The translations under genes and the position numbers were made by a program. From Okamejei kenojei (lineage: Eukaryota), in the NCBI GenBank assembly GCA_035221665.1, contig CM069151.1:28706001-28770000 (forward strand): 64,000 nt of DNA, read 5' to 3'. Below are positions 39,148-52,501 of this stretch, piece after piece. The notes under the pieces were generated by a model. That model ran no database searches. It saw nothing but the letters and a program-made list of their open reading frames with translations, and had not been told where the DNA came from. Positions within the stretch are counted from its first letter, which is position 1, and the number at the start of each line of letters is the position of its first letter.

Positions 39148-42100
39148 CTGAAAGAAAACATTTTGAAGACCTTCTACTTGTTGTTTGAGAAGTGCTGAAG
39201 GAAGATATGCAGGAATCTTTGTATTTTCCCTTGTTTACTTTACACTTTGAATTCCGTATCAGACATGATTCGTAACATGGATAAGTTCTCCTCACTGAAA
39301 AGCTGCACCATCTGGGAGTGGGAAGAAATAAACATCATAAAATGTACTGATTCCATGTTATCTAAAAAATGCCTCTATTTTAATGCAGTATATCTGATCT
39401 GCGAATGGCTTGAACTTAATCCACAAGTCGCTGTATTTTAAGCCTATCGGTTTGGGGATAGGTGTGGAAAAACGTAGAACATTTATAAATTCATATTTTG
39501 AAATTTTGCAATATTACTATTTTCATTTAATGGAACATCAATGGACCTATGGTTACTTAAAAATCATGTTCAGATGCCACTGAGCCAATTGTGATTATCT
39601 GAGATGTCCATTACAACTGAAACTGCACAAAACTCATAATTTTTAAGATTTTTATGTATTATCCATAAGGTAGCACCTGTATGGTTTACAGTTGATAATG
39701 CAAGCAGTAGAATTTAGAAACATTTGTTAACTCTTATTTTGAAAGGTGGTGGAATTCTATTAAAATAAGTATTTAAAATTATTTATGATTCACTCATTCA
39801 AAACCTACGTGCATTCACAATTTATTTTGGGATCCCCTCTGAAAGTTTGCGATTTCACAATGCATTTCAAACAGAGGGGTAGACTTCTTCCCTTTCCCAC
39901 TCCCTCCCTCCACTTCCTAGATTTAGTCTCTAGATCTCTGAAGGTATTGATACCTTGCAGGCAGTGCCCTATAATTGCTGCGTACTTTCCCTTACTTTGG
40001 TTGATTCAAGATTCAAATCGTGTTAAGTATTGTCGGGCAATTTTCCAATTGGGGAGCATCATTGGGCTTGATATATATACAGGTTTACAGTTACCTGGTA
40101 GATTGAGTTCCTGTTTCCATCCAGCAAATGCTTCAACTTTCTGAGTCATTTGAAATTAAAACCATGTAATGCAACTAAATGATATCTACTTTTAATGCTT
40201 TACTCCTATTGCCTTGATTTCAAGTGATTGTAGTTTTCCTAAAAGCCAGTTAAATGCCAATTCATGGCTGGCATTAATCTGATTAAAGATAAATGTATCC
40301 ATTGGACTTGGGAACATAAACTTTGAAGTGTTTTTGTGTTATATCATGCTACATTCAATTTTATTTCTAGACAGTGATAAAACATAACTTGTTGCTGTTT
40401 GGTTTGCAATATTTGCTGAATCTTGTAGATGACCTTATTCTGAATTTGTACCTCCGTTAAATGTCTGTTTTCAAATCATTCAAGTAATGTAGCAAGATTC
40501 ACCTTAACAATGTAGATTATGTGCACGTTTTGTGAATCAGCATTACCTTGTTGGTGCTTGCTAGGCTGCTGTTGCTTCACATGTGCAAAATATTACCATC
40601 TGAATGTCTCAATTGCCAATTGTGCTGAAAAGAAAATGAAATGAAAATAATTTATAATTTCCTTGTCAGAATTGCAAATTACATCTGAGCAATGGAATTG
40701 TATGTGGGTAATACATAGGTATAACCAACCATGCAATTTTCTTAACAAGTAAAGGGCTCAATTCATTTTTATTTCGCTTTTGAATGCTTAGGAAATGTAA
40801 AGTGCACCTTGATGCCTTTTGGGAAGGTGGGTGTAAGTTGTACGACTGGTATAACTTATCTAACAATTTTGTTTTGATTCAAAGTGTCAGGGAAATGGGG
40901 GAGAGTGAAAATAATGTAGTGGAAATGCATGTTTGCATTTGGAAACTGAATGTATTACAAGTGCGTCTCATGTTAAAATAACTGCCACATAATCTGTTGA
41001 TTTGAATAAGCTGAGACTTTAACCATATTGGTGTATAGTTTTGTTAATCAGATCTGAAGCAGAACGCGTCAGCAGGTTTAAGTATAAAATCATATGGCTC
41101 ACAAAAGCATTTTAAGTGTTATTCAAAGGTCATTGTGTTTGAATATCTTTTGAGAAGTCTGTCATTCTGATGGAATGCAGATACTTCATCTGCGGTTCTC
41201 GTAAAACATTTTCAGCAAATGAAATGCTGCTTTCATATCTGCTTGTTTTAATGGTACTATTTAATTTCCTTGAAAATAAAACTAAATTAAATGTGAAAAG
41301 CATGTAATTTAACACAAAGATAGATACAAAATGATGGAGTAACTCAGGGGGACAGGCAGCAATTCTGGAGATAAGGACTGAGTGATGTTTCGGGTCGAGA
41401 CCCTTCTTCAGACTGGTCAGAAGGGTCTCGACCTGAAACGTCACCCATTCCTTCTCCAGAGATGCTGCCTGTCCCGCTGAGTTACTCCTGCATTTTGTGT
41501 CTATCTTCGGATTAATCCAGCATCTGCAGTTCCTTCCTACACATGTAATTTAACACGCCTGTTCACTCCCACAGAAAAGGCTTTGTTTGAGTTCTAATTA
41601 TGTCAAACTAAACACTCTAGCTGGACACGTGTGTTGCGATTTTAGTCGGCATTTTAAAAACCGAGATGAGCTGTGTCCCGTGATGCACTAAATAGCTTAA
41701 TAACTGAATTCAATTGAACTGAAATTGGGTGTTCAGTAGTGCCTATATGTAAATAACCACATCCTGCTTCACATGTAACTGCAATTTTTACTAACAATGA
41801 TTTCTGTTATTTTGAAGCTTTCTGTGCAAGCTTGCACTTGCTTGATATTTTTCTATACAGCAATTTAGATTCACCCTGAATACTTTTTAAAAATTGCAAA
41901 TCTATCCATAAGTAAAATTTGATACTGAACACTCTTTTTCCATATAGCCTCATGTTGCTCTTGCAAAATGTAAACGTCAAGAGTTCAGCAAGCGTTTGTC
42001 TATTGTCAAAATAGTATTCTTGCACCATACTTTTCCAGTAGAAAATGTACATTTATTATAAAATGACAAGAATAAAGTGGGCTTATTCCTGGCTGACAAA

Positions 42101-42725
42101 AATTAATGAATGTATACATGTATGTATTATACATTTGAGTTAAATTCAAAATCTATTTGGCAAAGATAGGAAACTAGGATAATGCGCCATAATGTTGATC
42201 TGATCACTGGATTTGGCAGTGTTAACAGTATTTAAGTCTCACACTGTTCCAAATGGTAACTACTTTAACACTACCTATAAATTATAAAAAAAATTGGGGT
42301 ACAGCAAAATTAAAATTCCAGCATTGTTATTTCTGTTGCAGAGATTGCTTGCTGAAATACGTATTTTTGCGATAACGTTCCTTACAGTTATTTTTAATGT
42401 ATCCCCAAAAATTAATTTTTCAGTTACCTATTGTGTGAAAATGCCTCGCAGGGCCTCATTTCTGCGTCTCAAGTATTGTCTTCTATTTAAATTGAATCTT
42501 ACACTCTCATTTATTTGAACTATAAGTTGTTCAAGGTTTCCTGGCATCATGCTGTGGATTATGTAGTTTCTGTATCATGTATTTCTGTTGTAATATAAAT
42601 TTGAAATATCTCCATATTCAATTTCTGTAGGATTGTGCCTTTTAAACTGCTGAGCATTCTGAGATGTTGGAGATCATGATGGTAACATTATTGTAAGAAT
42701 AAAGTTTTGCAGAGATTTTACTTGT
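39148..42725 (+). other. TRABD: Probable long TRABD 3'UTR
   Basis: AT-rich and mostly TE-free; AATAAA at 42071 and at 42698-42703, the latter followed by a GT/T-rich tract. Confidence 0.5.
41316..41541. mobile_element. Penelope-derived foldback unit within the probable 3'UTR
   Basis: Inverted arms of about 95 bp; exact 15-bp TSD catgtaatttaacac at 41301-41315 and 41542-41556. Confidence 0.85.
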
Positions 42726-43734
42726 GTTTCAGATTTTTTTTAATTGAATGTCCTTCAACTGAACAAGTATTGCTAAATTCCTTCCCACTAGCCCATGCAA
42801 GGGTTCACGATTTGTTGTGGAAATACCAGAGTTCTACTATTTTTACCATGGGCAACAGAAAAGTTGAACAAAGATAATTTCAACAAAAAAAGTGCTGTAG
42901 GGATCAAGCTGTGAGCCATCACGCTATGTTGAATGAAGAATCTGTTATTATTTTCTATCCTTAAAAATTAAAATTAAAGATTAAAATCCCTAATTCTTAA
43001 TCAAAAGCACTTCAGTGTGTTTGTGATTCCAATGTCTGATTTCCCCCCCCCCCCCCCCCCCCAAAAAAAAACAACTGAGCAGACAAACTATTGTGTAAAA
43101 TTGTCGCTGTACCATTTACACATGCCTTTGAAAAAAAAAAAATACTGTTGTCAATTATATGCTAAAATTTATTTTTTTTATAAAGACACTTTCACAGAAC
43201 AACTTTTATTATGTCACGTTGCTTCAGGGACAATCTGAGTGAAGAACCGTTTTTTTTAAATACTTTCTAGGTCAGCAACTTGAACACAATGGCAGAGAGG
43301 GGCAAAATTGCCTAAACTGAGAAATTACAGATTGGAGATTATAGTTTCCTGCTGTACTGTATTGGTCAACATATTTATTCCTCTGCATTTTTGCAGTATA
43401 ATTTTTGGAGTAAGAAGCTAACAAATGCTAGCCAGAGGAAAATGAGATTGCTGTAAGCGCAACAATTGAACAGAAATATTAGCATTTGATATTTATACAA
43501 TGTCTAATTCAAGCACTTCATCTGACTATTTCTGGCAAGGCTGGTATTGTATTGCCCATTCCTACGTGGCTTGCTAGCCTATTGCATAAGGGAATGTGTA
43601 GTGAGCATCGTAGGAGGGTGAGAATGCATCTTGGTAGGGCACCGGTGTTGAAAATTATTGTGGAGGACATATTGTCTCCAACCCAACTGTACCCTCAGTT
43701 CAGTTTAGTTATTGTCATGTGATACAGTGAAAAC

Positions 43735-44140
43735 AGAAACATAGACAATAGGTGCAGGAAAAGGCCATTCGGCCCTTTGAGCCAGCACCACCATTCATTG
43801 TGATCATGGCTGATCATCCCCTATCAATAACCTGTGCCTGCCTTCTCCCCATATCCCTTGACTCCACTAGCCCCTAGAGCTCTATCTAACTCTCTTAAAT
43901 CCATCCAGTGACTTGGCCTCCACTGCCCTCTGTGGCAGGGAATTCCATAAATTCACAACTCTCTGGGTGAAAACGTTTTTTTCTTACCTCAGTCTTAAAT
44001 GACCTCCCCTTTATTCTAAGACTGTGGCCCCTGGTTCTGGACCCACCAACATTGGGACCATTTTTCCTGCATCTAGCTTGTCCAATCCTTTTATAAATGT
44101 ATATGTTTCTATAAGATTCCTCCTCATCCTTCTAAACTCC
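43735..44140 (-). mobile_element. CR1 LINE 3' fragment
   Basis: LEFRRMRRNLIETY..KGLDKLDAGKM plus tail. Confidence 0.85.
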
Positions 44141-44319
44141 AAAAGGCTGTTGTGTGCTAACCAGTCAGCAAGACAATACATGATTACAATTGATCCATTT
44201 GCAGGAATAAAGTTTGCAAGGTAAAGCCAACAAAGTCCAATCAAGAATCGTCTGAGGGTCATCAAAGAGTCAGCACTGCTCTATGGTGTTCAAGGTGGAA
44301 CTATAGTCAATAAATACTA

Positions 44320-45060
44320 GTCAAGTTTTGTTCGTCACATACACATGCGGGATGTGCAGTGAAATGAAAAGTGGCCGTGCCTGCGGACTTTGTGCAAAAA
44401 CAAACAAACAACCAACAAACTACAAACAGAATCAATCACATGTTCTTTTTCATATTAAGTATTTTGGGCGGTATTGTGGTACAGTAAGTTAGTAGAGTTA
44501 GTCCCTGGTGAGATAGGTGTTTACAGTCCGAATGGCCTCGGGGAAGAAACTCCTTCTCATCCTCTCCGTTCTCACAGCATAGCAACGGAGGCGTTTGCCT
44601 GACCGTAGCAGCTGGAACAGTCCGTTGCAGGGGTGGAAGGGGTCTCCCATTATCTTACTGGCTCTGGAGTTGCACCTCCTGATGTATAGTTCCTGCAGAG
44701 GGGCGAGAGAAGTTCCCATAGTGCGTTCGGCCGAACGCACTACTCTCTGCAGAGCCTTCCTGTCCTGGGCAGAGCAATTCCCAAACCAGATTGTAATGTT
44801 TCCGGACAAGATGCTTTCCACAGCCGCAGAGTAGAAGCACTGGAGGATCCTCGGAGACACTCTGAATTTCCTCAATTGCCTGAGGTGGTAAAGGCGCTGC
44901 CTTGCCTTACGAGTGCTGCAGCGTGCGATGTCCATGTCATATCCTTAGAGATGTGGACTCCCAGGTATTTAAAAGAGCTCACCCTATCCACAGTATCCTC
45001 ATTTATCCTTAATGGTGTGTACGTCCTCCGATGATGTGCCCTCCTAAAGTCCATGATCAG
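44320..45060 (-). mobile_element. Rex1/Babar LINE RT C-terminus and tail
   Basis: FKYLGVHISKDMTW, KARQRLYHLRQLRKF, RMRRSFFPEAIR. Confidence 0.88.
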
Positions 45061-45619
45061 CGTAGGTGTCCTTATCTAGGTGTACCAGAGATGAGTTTTG
45101 AGCCAGATCAATGGTGTCTGCAGTGTACCTGTTACAACAGTCAGCAAACTGCAGTGACTCAACCTGGCTGGGAGGCTGGAGTTAATGTATGCCATCACCA
45201 ATCTTTCGATGCCCTTCATTTTGGTGAATGCTCCTTTTTGATCAGTCATGAGCTAAAAGCTCCCAGGAGTCGGTGAGGTTATTGCATTTCTTTAAGGATG
45301 CTTTGAACACGTCCTTGAATCAAATGTCCACTTACAGAACTTTTTTTTTTGGTAGTGTGATATCAAGCATGCAAACAATGTAGCAGTGGACCTGCTTAAT
45401 GTAGACATCTGGGAGTAACTGGGGACTCGATGCAAGGTATGTTGACCTGGGAGAGGACAACGATATTGGTTCACTTGTACTTTTAATGCATTTTGAGGAT
45501 TTTTCAGAAAGTGTGTTGGTATTTTTCCAGACCCTTGACATATTATAGGTAATCCTGATCTTAGGAGTATACGGAAGGACAGACATTGCTGCTGCCTTTT
45601 TTGTGTTAGTGCTTGTAGG

Positions 45620-46135
45620 TTGATTCTTAAAATTGGAGAATTCAATGTTAATACGATTAGGTTGTAAGCTACCCAAACAGAATATGAGGGGCTGCTCATC
45701 CATTTTACGTGTGGTTTCACTGTGGCGATGGAAGAGGCCCAGAACAGAGAGGGGAATAACAGTATGGGAATTGGAAAAGGAGTTAAAATTGTTAGCTACC
45801 AGGAGATCCAGCAGGCCTTGGTGGACGGAGCACGTGTTCGGCAAAATGGTCACCTAGTTATTTTACGCTAGGTCTCGTCGATGTAAAGGAGGCCATATCA
45901 GGAGCATCAAATGCAATAGATGAGATGGATGTAAACCACTTGTCTCACCTGGAAGTGCTGCACGGGTCCATGGATGGATGTGAGGGAGGAGGTATAGGGA
46001 CAAGTTTTACAGGAATGGGGATGGATTAGGTGGGATGGGATGAGCGAAACAAGAAGTTGTAGAGGGAGTGATCCCTGCAGAGGGGGGGGGGGGGGGTGTG
46101 GATTGGAAGATGTGACTGGAGGTGGGATCACTTTG
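45620..46135 (-). mobile_element. Penelope-like element endonuclease-region remnant
   Basis: VANNFNS.SNSHT..LSVLGL..RKMDEQPLIFCLGSLQPNRINIEFSNFK, typical of the PLE GIY-YIG C-terminus. Confidence 0.75.
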
Positions 46136-46438
46136 AAGGTGGTTCAGTCATTCAACATTGCCAAACACACATCTTTGATATTAAGGAAATCAAGAGGAAT
46201 GGGACTAGTGCAGGAAAATTGTACTATGAGTTTACTGAGTGTGGAGGAAGCCTGAGCAAGCCCTGTCCTGTTTAAATTCGTTTATTTTTGTTGTGTAATC
46301 GTACATATAATTTAACACCCTTGCCACTAGCAACATGTAGACGTGTTTAATGTTCAGATATTCAACTTCTAATATTTCACTGAGAAGGTTAGCAATAATG
46401 TCAAATTAAAACGACATACTTGCTGTGCATTTCAATGT

Positions 46439-46451
46439 TGCCACCTGCTGG
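46439..46451 (-). promoter_or_regulatory. CTCF motif upstream of SELENOO
   Basis: CCAGCAGGTGGCA matches the CCASYAGRKGGCR core. Confidence 0.5.
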
Positions 46452-46483
46452 CAAAAGCTGCAGGGTTGTGAATAATATTCAAC

Positions 46484-46601
46484 AGTCCAGGGAAGGGTCA
46501 CACCCATTCCTTTCTCTCCAGAGGTGCTGTCTGACCCGCTGAGTTACTCCAGCTTTTTTGTGTGTTATCGGAGTAAAGCAGCATCTGCAGTTCCTTCCCA
46601 C
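46484..46601 (+). mobile_element. Penelope-derived monomer abutting the SELENOO CpG island
   Basis: Family tail cacccattccttt...gcatctgcagttccttcccaca. Confidence 0.75.
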
Positions 46602-46668
46602 AAAACACTGTGGGCCCGAGGCCTGCCGCCTGCTCGTCCTCCTCCCCCCCAGGGGCGGCGCTGCAGCG

Positions 46669-47210
46669 ATGGCCGGGGTGGGGGTGGGGGTGTCGGTGCG
46701 CTGCGCCGTCCGCTCGGCCTGCGGCTGTGGGCGGGGAGCGGGCAGCGGGGCGTCGGTCATGGGCACGGCCTTGGGCAACGGCGGAGCCTCGGCCATGAGC
46801 GGCGGCGGGGGAGCGGGCCTCCACACCCTGCGCTTCGACAACCTGGCGCTGCGCTCGCTGCCGGTGGACGGGAGCGGCGAGGCGGGCAGCCGACAGGTGC
46901 CCGGCGCCTGCTTCTCGCTGGTGCGGCCGACGCCGGTGGAGACGCCGCGGCTGGTGGCCTGCTCGGTCGCCGCCCTCCGCCTGCTGGGCCTCGGCGGCCT
47001 GCCCGACGCCGAACTGGCGCAATGCTTCAGCGGGAACCGGCTGCCGCCCGGCGCCCAGACCGCCGCGCACTGCTACTGCGGGCACCAGTTCGGCTCGTTC
47101 GCCGGGCAGCTGGGCGACGGCGCCGCCATCTACCTGGGCGAGGTGCTCGGCCCCCGCGGCCAACGCTGGGAGCTCCAGATCAAAGGCGCCGGACCCACAC
47201 CCTACTCCAG
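46669..47210 (+). CDS. SELENOO: Selenoprotein O (protein adenylyltransferase) coding exon 1
   Basis: LRFDNLALRSLPVD, AHCYCGHQFGSFAGQLGDG, WELQIKGAGPTPYSR; CpG island; start ATG inferred. Confidence 0.93.
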
Positions 47211-47227
47211 GTCAGAGCCCAGCACCA

Positions 47228-47735
47228 CTGCTGCATGATCACTCATCCCACTGCTGCATGATCACTCATCCCTCTGCTGCATGATCCCTCATCCCTCTGC
47301 TGCATGATCACTCATCCCTCTGCTGCATGATCACTCATCCCTCTGCTGCATGATTCCTCATCCCTCTGCTGCATGATTCCTCATCCCTCTGCTGCATGAT
47401 CACTCATCCCTCTGCTGCATGATCACTCATCCCTCTGCTGCATGATCACTCATCCCTCTGCTGCATGATCACTCATCCCTCTGCTGCATGATCACTCATC
47501 CCTCTGCTGCATGATCCCTCATCCCTCTGCTGCATGATCACTCATCCCTCTGCTGCATGATTCCTCATCCCTCTGCTGCATGATTCCTCATCCCTCTGCT
47601 GCATGATTCCTCATCCCTCTGCTGCATGATCACTCATCCCTCTGCTGCATGATTCCTCATCCCTCTGCTGCATGATCACTCATCCCTCTGCTGCATGATC
47701 ACTCATCCCTCTGCTACATGATTCCTCATTCCTCT
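47228..47735. repeat. 23-bp minisatellite, about 22 copies: CTGCTGCATGAT(CA/CC/TC)CTCATCCCT
   Basis: Direct inspection; units at 47228, 47251, 47274 and onward. Confidence 0.97.
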
Positions 47736-47739
47736 GCTG

Positions 47740-48265
47740 TACAATCCCTCTGTCTGCTTCCGAATCCCTGTCCTGAACTTTCCTCCTGATCCCTGATGCC
47801 TCTGCCTGGTCCCTGATGCTTCGCTGTCGGAAAGAACTGCAGATGCAGGTTTAAATCGAAGGTAAACACAAAATGCTGGAGTAACACAGCAGGACAGGCA
47901 GCATCTCTGGAGAGAAGGAACGGGTGACGTTTCGGGTTGAGACCCTTCTTCAGACTGATGGCTCTGCCTGGTCCCTGATGCCTCTGCCTGTTCCCTGATG
48001 CATATGCCTGTTTCCTGATGCCTCTGCCTGCTCCGTGATGCCTTTGTCTGATCCCTGTCCTGATCCCAGATCCCTCCTCCTGATCCATGAGCCATTTTCA
48101 GACCTTCACATGCATCAATGTCCTGATCCTTCTGCCTGCTTTCTGATCTCTGTCTCCTCCTGTTCCCTGTCCTGACACCTCCTACTCTCTGATTCCTGTC
48201 TGGATACCTCGTCTTCCTCCAGTTCTTCCCTGTGATCATCTGCTTTTCTTCCACATTCCTGCCTC
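47740..48265. repeat. Degenerate pyrimidine-rich repeat (cctgatgcctctgcctg-like) with a Penelope monomer (47825-47958, minus strand) inserted
   Basis: Repeated cctgat/ctgcct words; family consensus embedded. Confidence 0.7.
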
Positions 48266-48269
48266 ATTC

Positions 48270-49525
48270 TGGAGTTTAACACAGGGAAGTGGGAGGTGTT
48301 GCATTTTATGAAGTCTAACCAGGGCAGGTACTGCACAGTGAATGGCAGGGCTCTGGGAAGTGTTGTAGAGAGGGATCAAGGAGTGCAGGTACATAGTTCC
48401 TTGAAAGTGGAGTTACGGGTAGATTGGGTGGCCATGAAGGGGTTTGAGACATTGGCCTTCATCAGTCAGGGTGTTGAGTGTAGAAGTTGAGAGGTTATGG
48501 GACTTGTATAAGACATTGGTGAGGCCACATTCAGAGTATTGTGTTCAGTTTTGATAACCCTGTTATAGGAAAGATGTTATTATAGATGTGGGAGAAACTT
48601 GTTTTTAGTCTCTTCCTTCAGGGGGGTTGCGACTTTTTTTTTGTCGTTGCCTCCGTCTGCGCTGAGGCCTAATGGCGGAGCTGGCGGCCTCCAACTGCGA
48701 CCGACCCGAGACTCCGGAGGCAGAGCCAGCCAGGACTTACCGGCGCGAGGCTGGCCAACTTCGGGGCTGTGGCGGGCTCCGGCGGCGGTGACAGCCTGAC
48801 TCGGGACTGAGGAGGTGTCCCGGTGGTGACGGCCTGACTCGGGACTGAGGAGGTGTCCCGGCGGTACGGCGGCCCGACCTCGGAGGTTCGGCCGCGGGCC
48901 CAGCAGACGACATTGTCGGGAGCTCACAGGTCATAGGTTGGTGACCTGCTTTTCCGGAGCTCCCACGGCAACAGCTTCGTCCGCTGGACTGGAGGGCGGC
49001 AGCTTCGGCAGCTTCAACCACCCCGGGCCGCGAAGTTTGAACCGGCCCGTTCGCGGAGCTCGGATTCAGCCGCGGGACTGACTTACTTACCGTCACCCGG
49101 CGGGGTCACAACATCGGAGGCTTGGATCGCCTCAGCGCAGAGGGAGAGCAAGGAGGGAAGAGACAAAGACTTAAGACTTTTGCCTTCCACCACAGTGAGG
49201 ATGTGCTTGGTGAACTCACTGTGGTGGATGTTAATTTGTGTTTATTGTGTTTTGTTAATTTATTAAATGTATGACTGCAGGAACGAAATTTCGTTCAGAC
49301 CGAAAGGTCTGAATGACAATAAAGGATACTTTACTTTACTTTACTTAGCTGGAAAAGGAGCAAAGAAGATTTACAAGGATGTTGCCAGAACTCAAGGGCC
49401 TGAGATATAGAGAGAAGTTGAGCAGGCTATGACTTTATCCCCTGGAGCACAGGAGGATGAGGGGCGATCTTGTAGAGTTGTATAAAATCATGAGAGGAAT
49501 AGATTGGATAGACACACAGAGTCTC
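48270..49525 (+). mobile_element. CR1 fragment split by a GC-rich non-autonomous element (48585-49346)
   Basis: CR1 sequence stops at gatgttatta and resumes at agctggaaaagg; the insert matches 30694-31397. Confidence 0.8.
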
Positions 49526-51341
49526 ATAAGCCACTGATATATCTCCGATCTACCTCATTGTGGACGTTGCGTAATGTCTGCTGCTGTAATCCTATATCTG
49601 CACTCCGTTTATTTTCTAAATTATCTGTTGTAAATCATGTTATGATTTGCCTGGACAGCATGCAAAACCATGAGTCAATTAGTTTTTCACTATTGCTGTT
49701 TCAGTGAACGCACGAAACAATAATAAACCAAAGCTAATCCCTTTCCTTGTGGGCTTCCACCCTGTGTTTTAACTTGTCGGCCCTGTGGGTTATTCAGTGG
49801 AAGGTGCATCCCCACCTTTTTTTCCTGCCCTGTATCTGTTTACATTATAGTTTTCAACCATGAATCATCAGAGAATAAAATATCAAATAACCCTCCCCTT
49901 TACTTTCAGGGTTTTTCCATAACCTCCATTACTTTGTAAATATTGTGACAATTGTTACTGTTGGTGTCAATATCTTGTGAGCACAGTTTGTAATTGCATT
50001 AGATAAGCACTGATGTTAATGCATGGAGTGCAGTTATAGTGCACGAGTTTTTCGAAACTTGATGTATTCTTCCTAATATTCTACAAAAGATGGTTGTAAA
50101 ATCCAATTTGCACCTGACTTCAGTGACCTGCATTTTTTGGTTACTATGACACAGCAAAAGGACATTTTGCCCATCGGGTCTATGCCAATGCCCAGAAACA
50201 CAATCCTATTCTTGTTGAGTTTTACTTCTCTGCAACCTATTCTCTTATATGCTCATCAACCCTACCATTTCTCCTGCCATCCACCTGCACTGGCATAATT
50301 CTCAGGACGAGTATGAGACAGAGCAGGAAATTGAGGCTGTCAGGTGACACACACGTAGTCACAGGGAGAAGGTGCAAACTACACAGAGAGAGCTTGAGAT
50401 CAGGATTGAGCCAGGCTCACTGAACTGCTGCACATCAGGTCCTCACAAAGTCTAGTTTAACTGATTTCATCTGTTACTGTAGAACACCAGGCCCAGGAGC
50501 TCAATAATTGCTTGCAAGTAGGCCACTAGCCCGGGTGCTTCCTCTGGCACCAGTCACAACAAGGTAAAGCAAGTGCTGGCATCTATGCAACTCTAAAGCA
50601 AATAAAGCATTTCAATAAGACCCTAGATAACATTGAAGCATGGGCTAATTAGTACTAAGTAACTTGCCAGGTAGTTTGTATCCCCAACTAGAGAGAAAGG
50701 AACCATATATCTGCAGTATTCAATGGCATTATTCTCACACGTACCTAGTTATCAACTGCAATAATGACCAGAAATACTGTGGAAACAAAAGTAAGCCTGA
50801 GTATCCTGCAGCAAATGTTTCATCTCTTGACATCTCCTGCAAGGCATATGTCACAGAAGCACGATGGAATATTTTCTATGTGTCTCTGAGTATAGCTCCA
50901 ACACATCAAGTAGTTCAGCACCCAGGACAAATCAATCTGCTTTGTTGATTTCCCCATCTCTCATTTAAGCATTCATTGCCTCTGCTGTAGCGGCACTGTG
51001 GCTGTAATGTGTACTCCCAACAGCTCCTTCCAAACCAAACCCCCACCATCTCCTCGGTTTCCTCTCACATACAATCAACAGTTGATAAAACGCACATTTT
51101 CAACATTAACTTTGAGTCATGCATCCTAATATTTCATTTAGTTCTTAATCTAATTCTTTTTGATTATGCTTTGTTCAACGTTAATGGGAAGAAGTATAGT
51201 CCATATTACTCTTCCATTTAAATGCAAATATAGTTCAGTTTTCTGTGGTGATGTATAGTACATAGCATAGTATGCAGTAATCTTGGATTCAATATATATT
51301 TGTACAGTTCATAATGTTGTGTATTATGTTCACATTTGCAG

Positions 51342-51545
51342 GCAATCAGATGGTCGAAAAGTGCTTCGCTCCAGCATTAGAGAATTTCTCTGCAGTGAGG
51401 CCATGCACCATCTTGGAATACCGACAACACGAGGGGGAACTTGTGTAACATCCGATTCTAAAGTAATCAGGGATGTATTCTATGATGGGCATCCAAAATA
51501 TGAAAGATGCACTATTGTCCTCCGTGTTGCTCCTACATTTCTACG
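51342..51545 (+). CDS. SELENOO: SELENOO coding exon 2
   Basis: [38 protein letters not shown]. Confidence 0.97.
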
Positions 51546-51654
51546 GTATTTCCATTTTAGATATGATCCGTGCAAACTTTTAGAGCTTTACAAATATATA
51601 TTTTAGTCTGATTTCATGAACTATTCATTAATACATCCTGTTTAATTAAATTAG

Positions 51655-51835
51655 ATTTGGATCCTTTGAGATCTTTAAAGATGTGGACGAGCAGACAGGC
51701 CGAAGGGGACCTAGTTCTGGTAGAAATGATATTAAAATACAAATGCTTGACTATGTCATTGGGACATTCTATCCAGAAATTCAGCAAGCACACCCTAAGG
51801 ACAAGGCACAGAGGAATGCTGCTTTCTTCAGAGAA
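51655..51835 (+). CDS. SELENOO: SELENOO coding exon 3
   Basis: FGSFEIFKDVDEQTGRRGPS..NAAFFRE; preceded by a 109-bp intron. Confidence 0.96.
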
Positions 51836-52501
51836 GTAAGAATTTGTCAGCTTTTCTTAATTACCTTGTTTGTTGCAACATTACATTCAAAGAGAATACA
51901 AGTTTGCTTTACTGCTATATATTTTGAAATTGTGACCATGCAAAAATGTTCATTTTCATGCACATTTCAAATCTGAAATCTCGCAAGCCAGGAAGGTTCC
52001 AAATTTGATTCCTGGTCACGTTAATTGATCTCACCTGAGGTGCATTCCAAACTAGTTATTTACCCTCTCCTCCATGTCACTCCTCCACTTCATATATTAA
52101 AATTAGATGTGAAAAATACTCAATTAAAAATTAACATTATTGTTTAACGAGCTGCGTGCTAATCTTAAATGTGGTGACATGTTTTCGCATTAAGAGAAAA
52201 ATATATGGGATAATTTTTGGCTGTATTTTATAACAGGAAATATTTAGCCTTGGATTAATCTTATTATTTTTATGGTGATGGGCACTTGCGACAAAGGCAA
52301 ATTTTGGGAGCAGTCTGGAAAGGGCAAATAGTAATTGGTAACCTGTACTGGACCAGGTCAGAGTGGCTGCACAAAGACATGTTTGCTGCCTCTCTGTGAG
52401 GTGCATGTTGTCCTTCTCATGTGTCTCGTGTCTTAAGACAAAGTCAACAATCTATATTTGAGACGGCAGAAAATGCTAGACAAGATTAACCAAATAAATG
52501 G

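Noticed and set aside
46479-47261. Overlapping long ORFs (245 aa plus, 221 aa minus) at SELENOO exon 1
   Set aside because: Shadow frames of very GC-rich coding DNA, starting or ending inside a TE, with no recognisable motifs
47228-47735. CRISPR-like array
   Set aside because: Units are head-to-tail with no unique spacers, there are no cas genes, and the context is a vertebrate intron; it is a minisatellite
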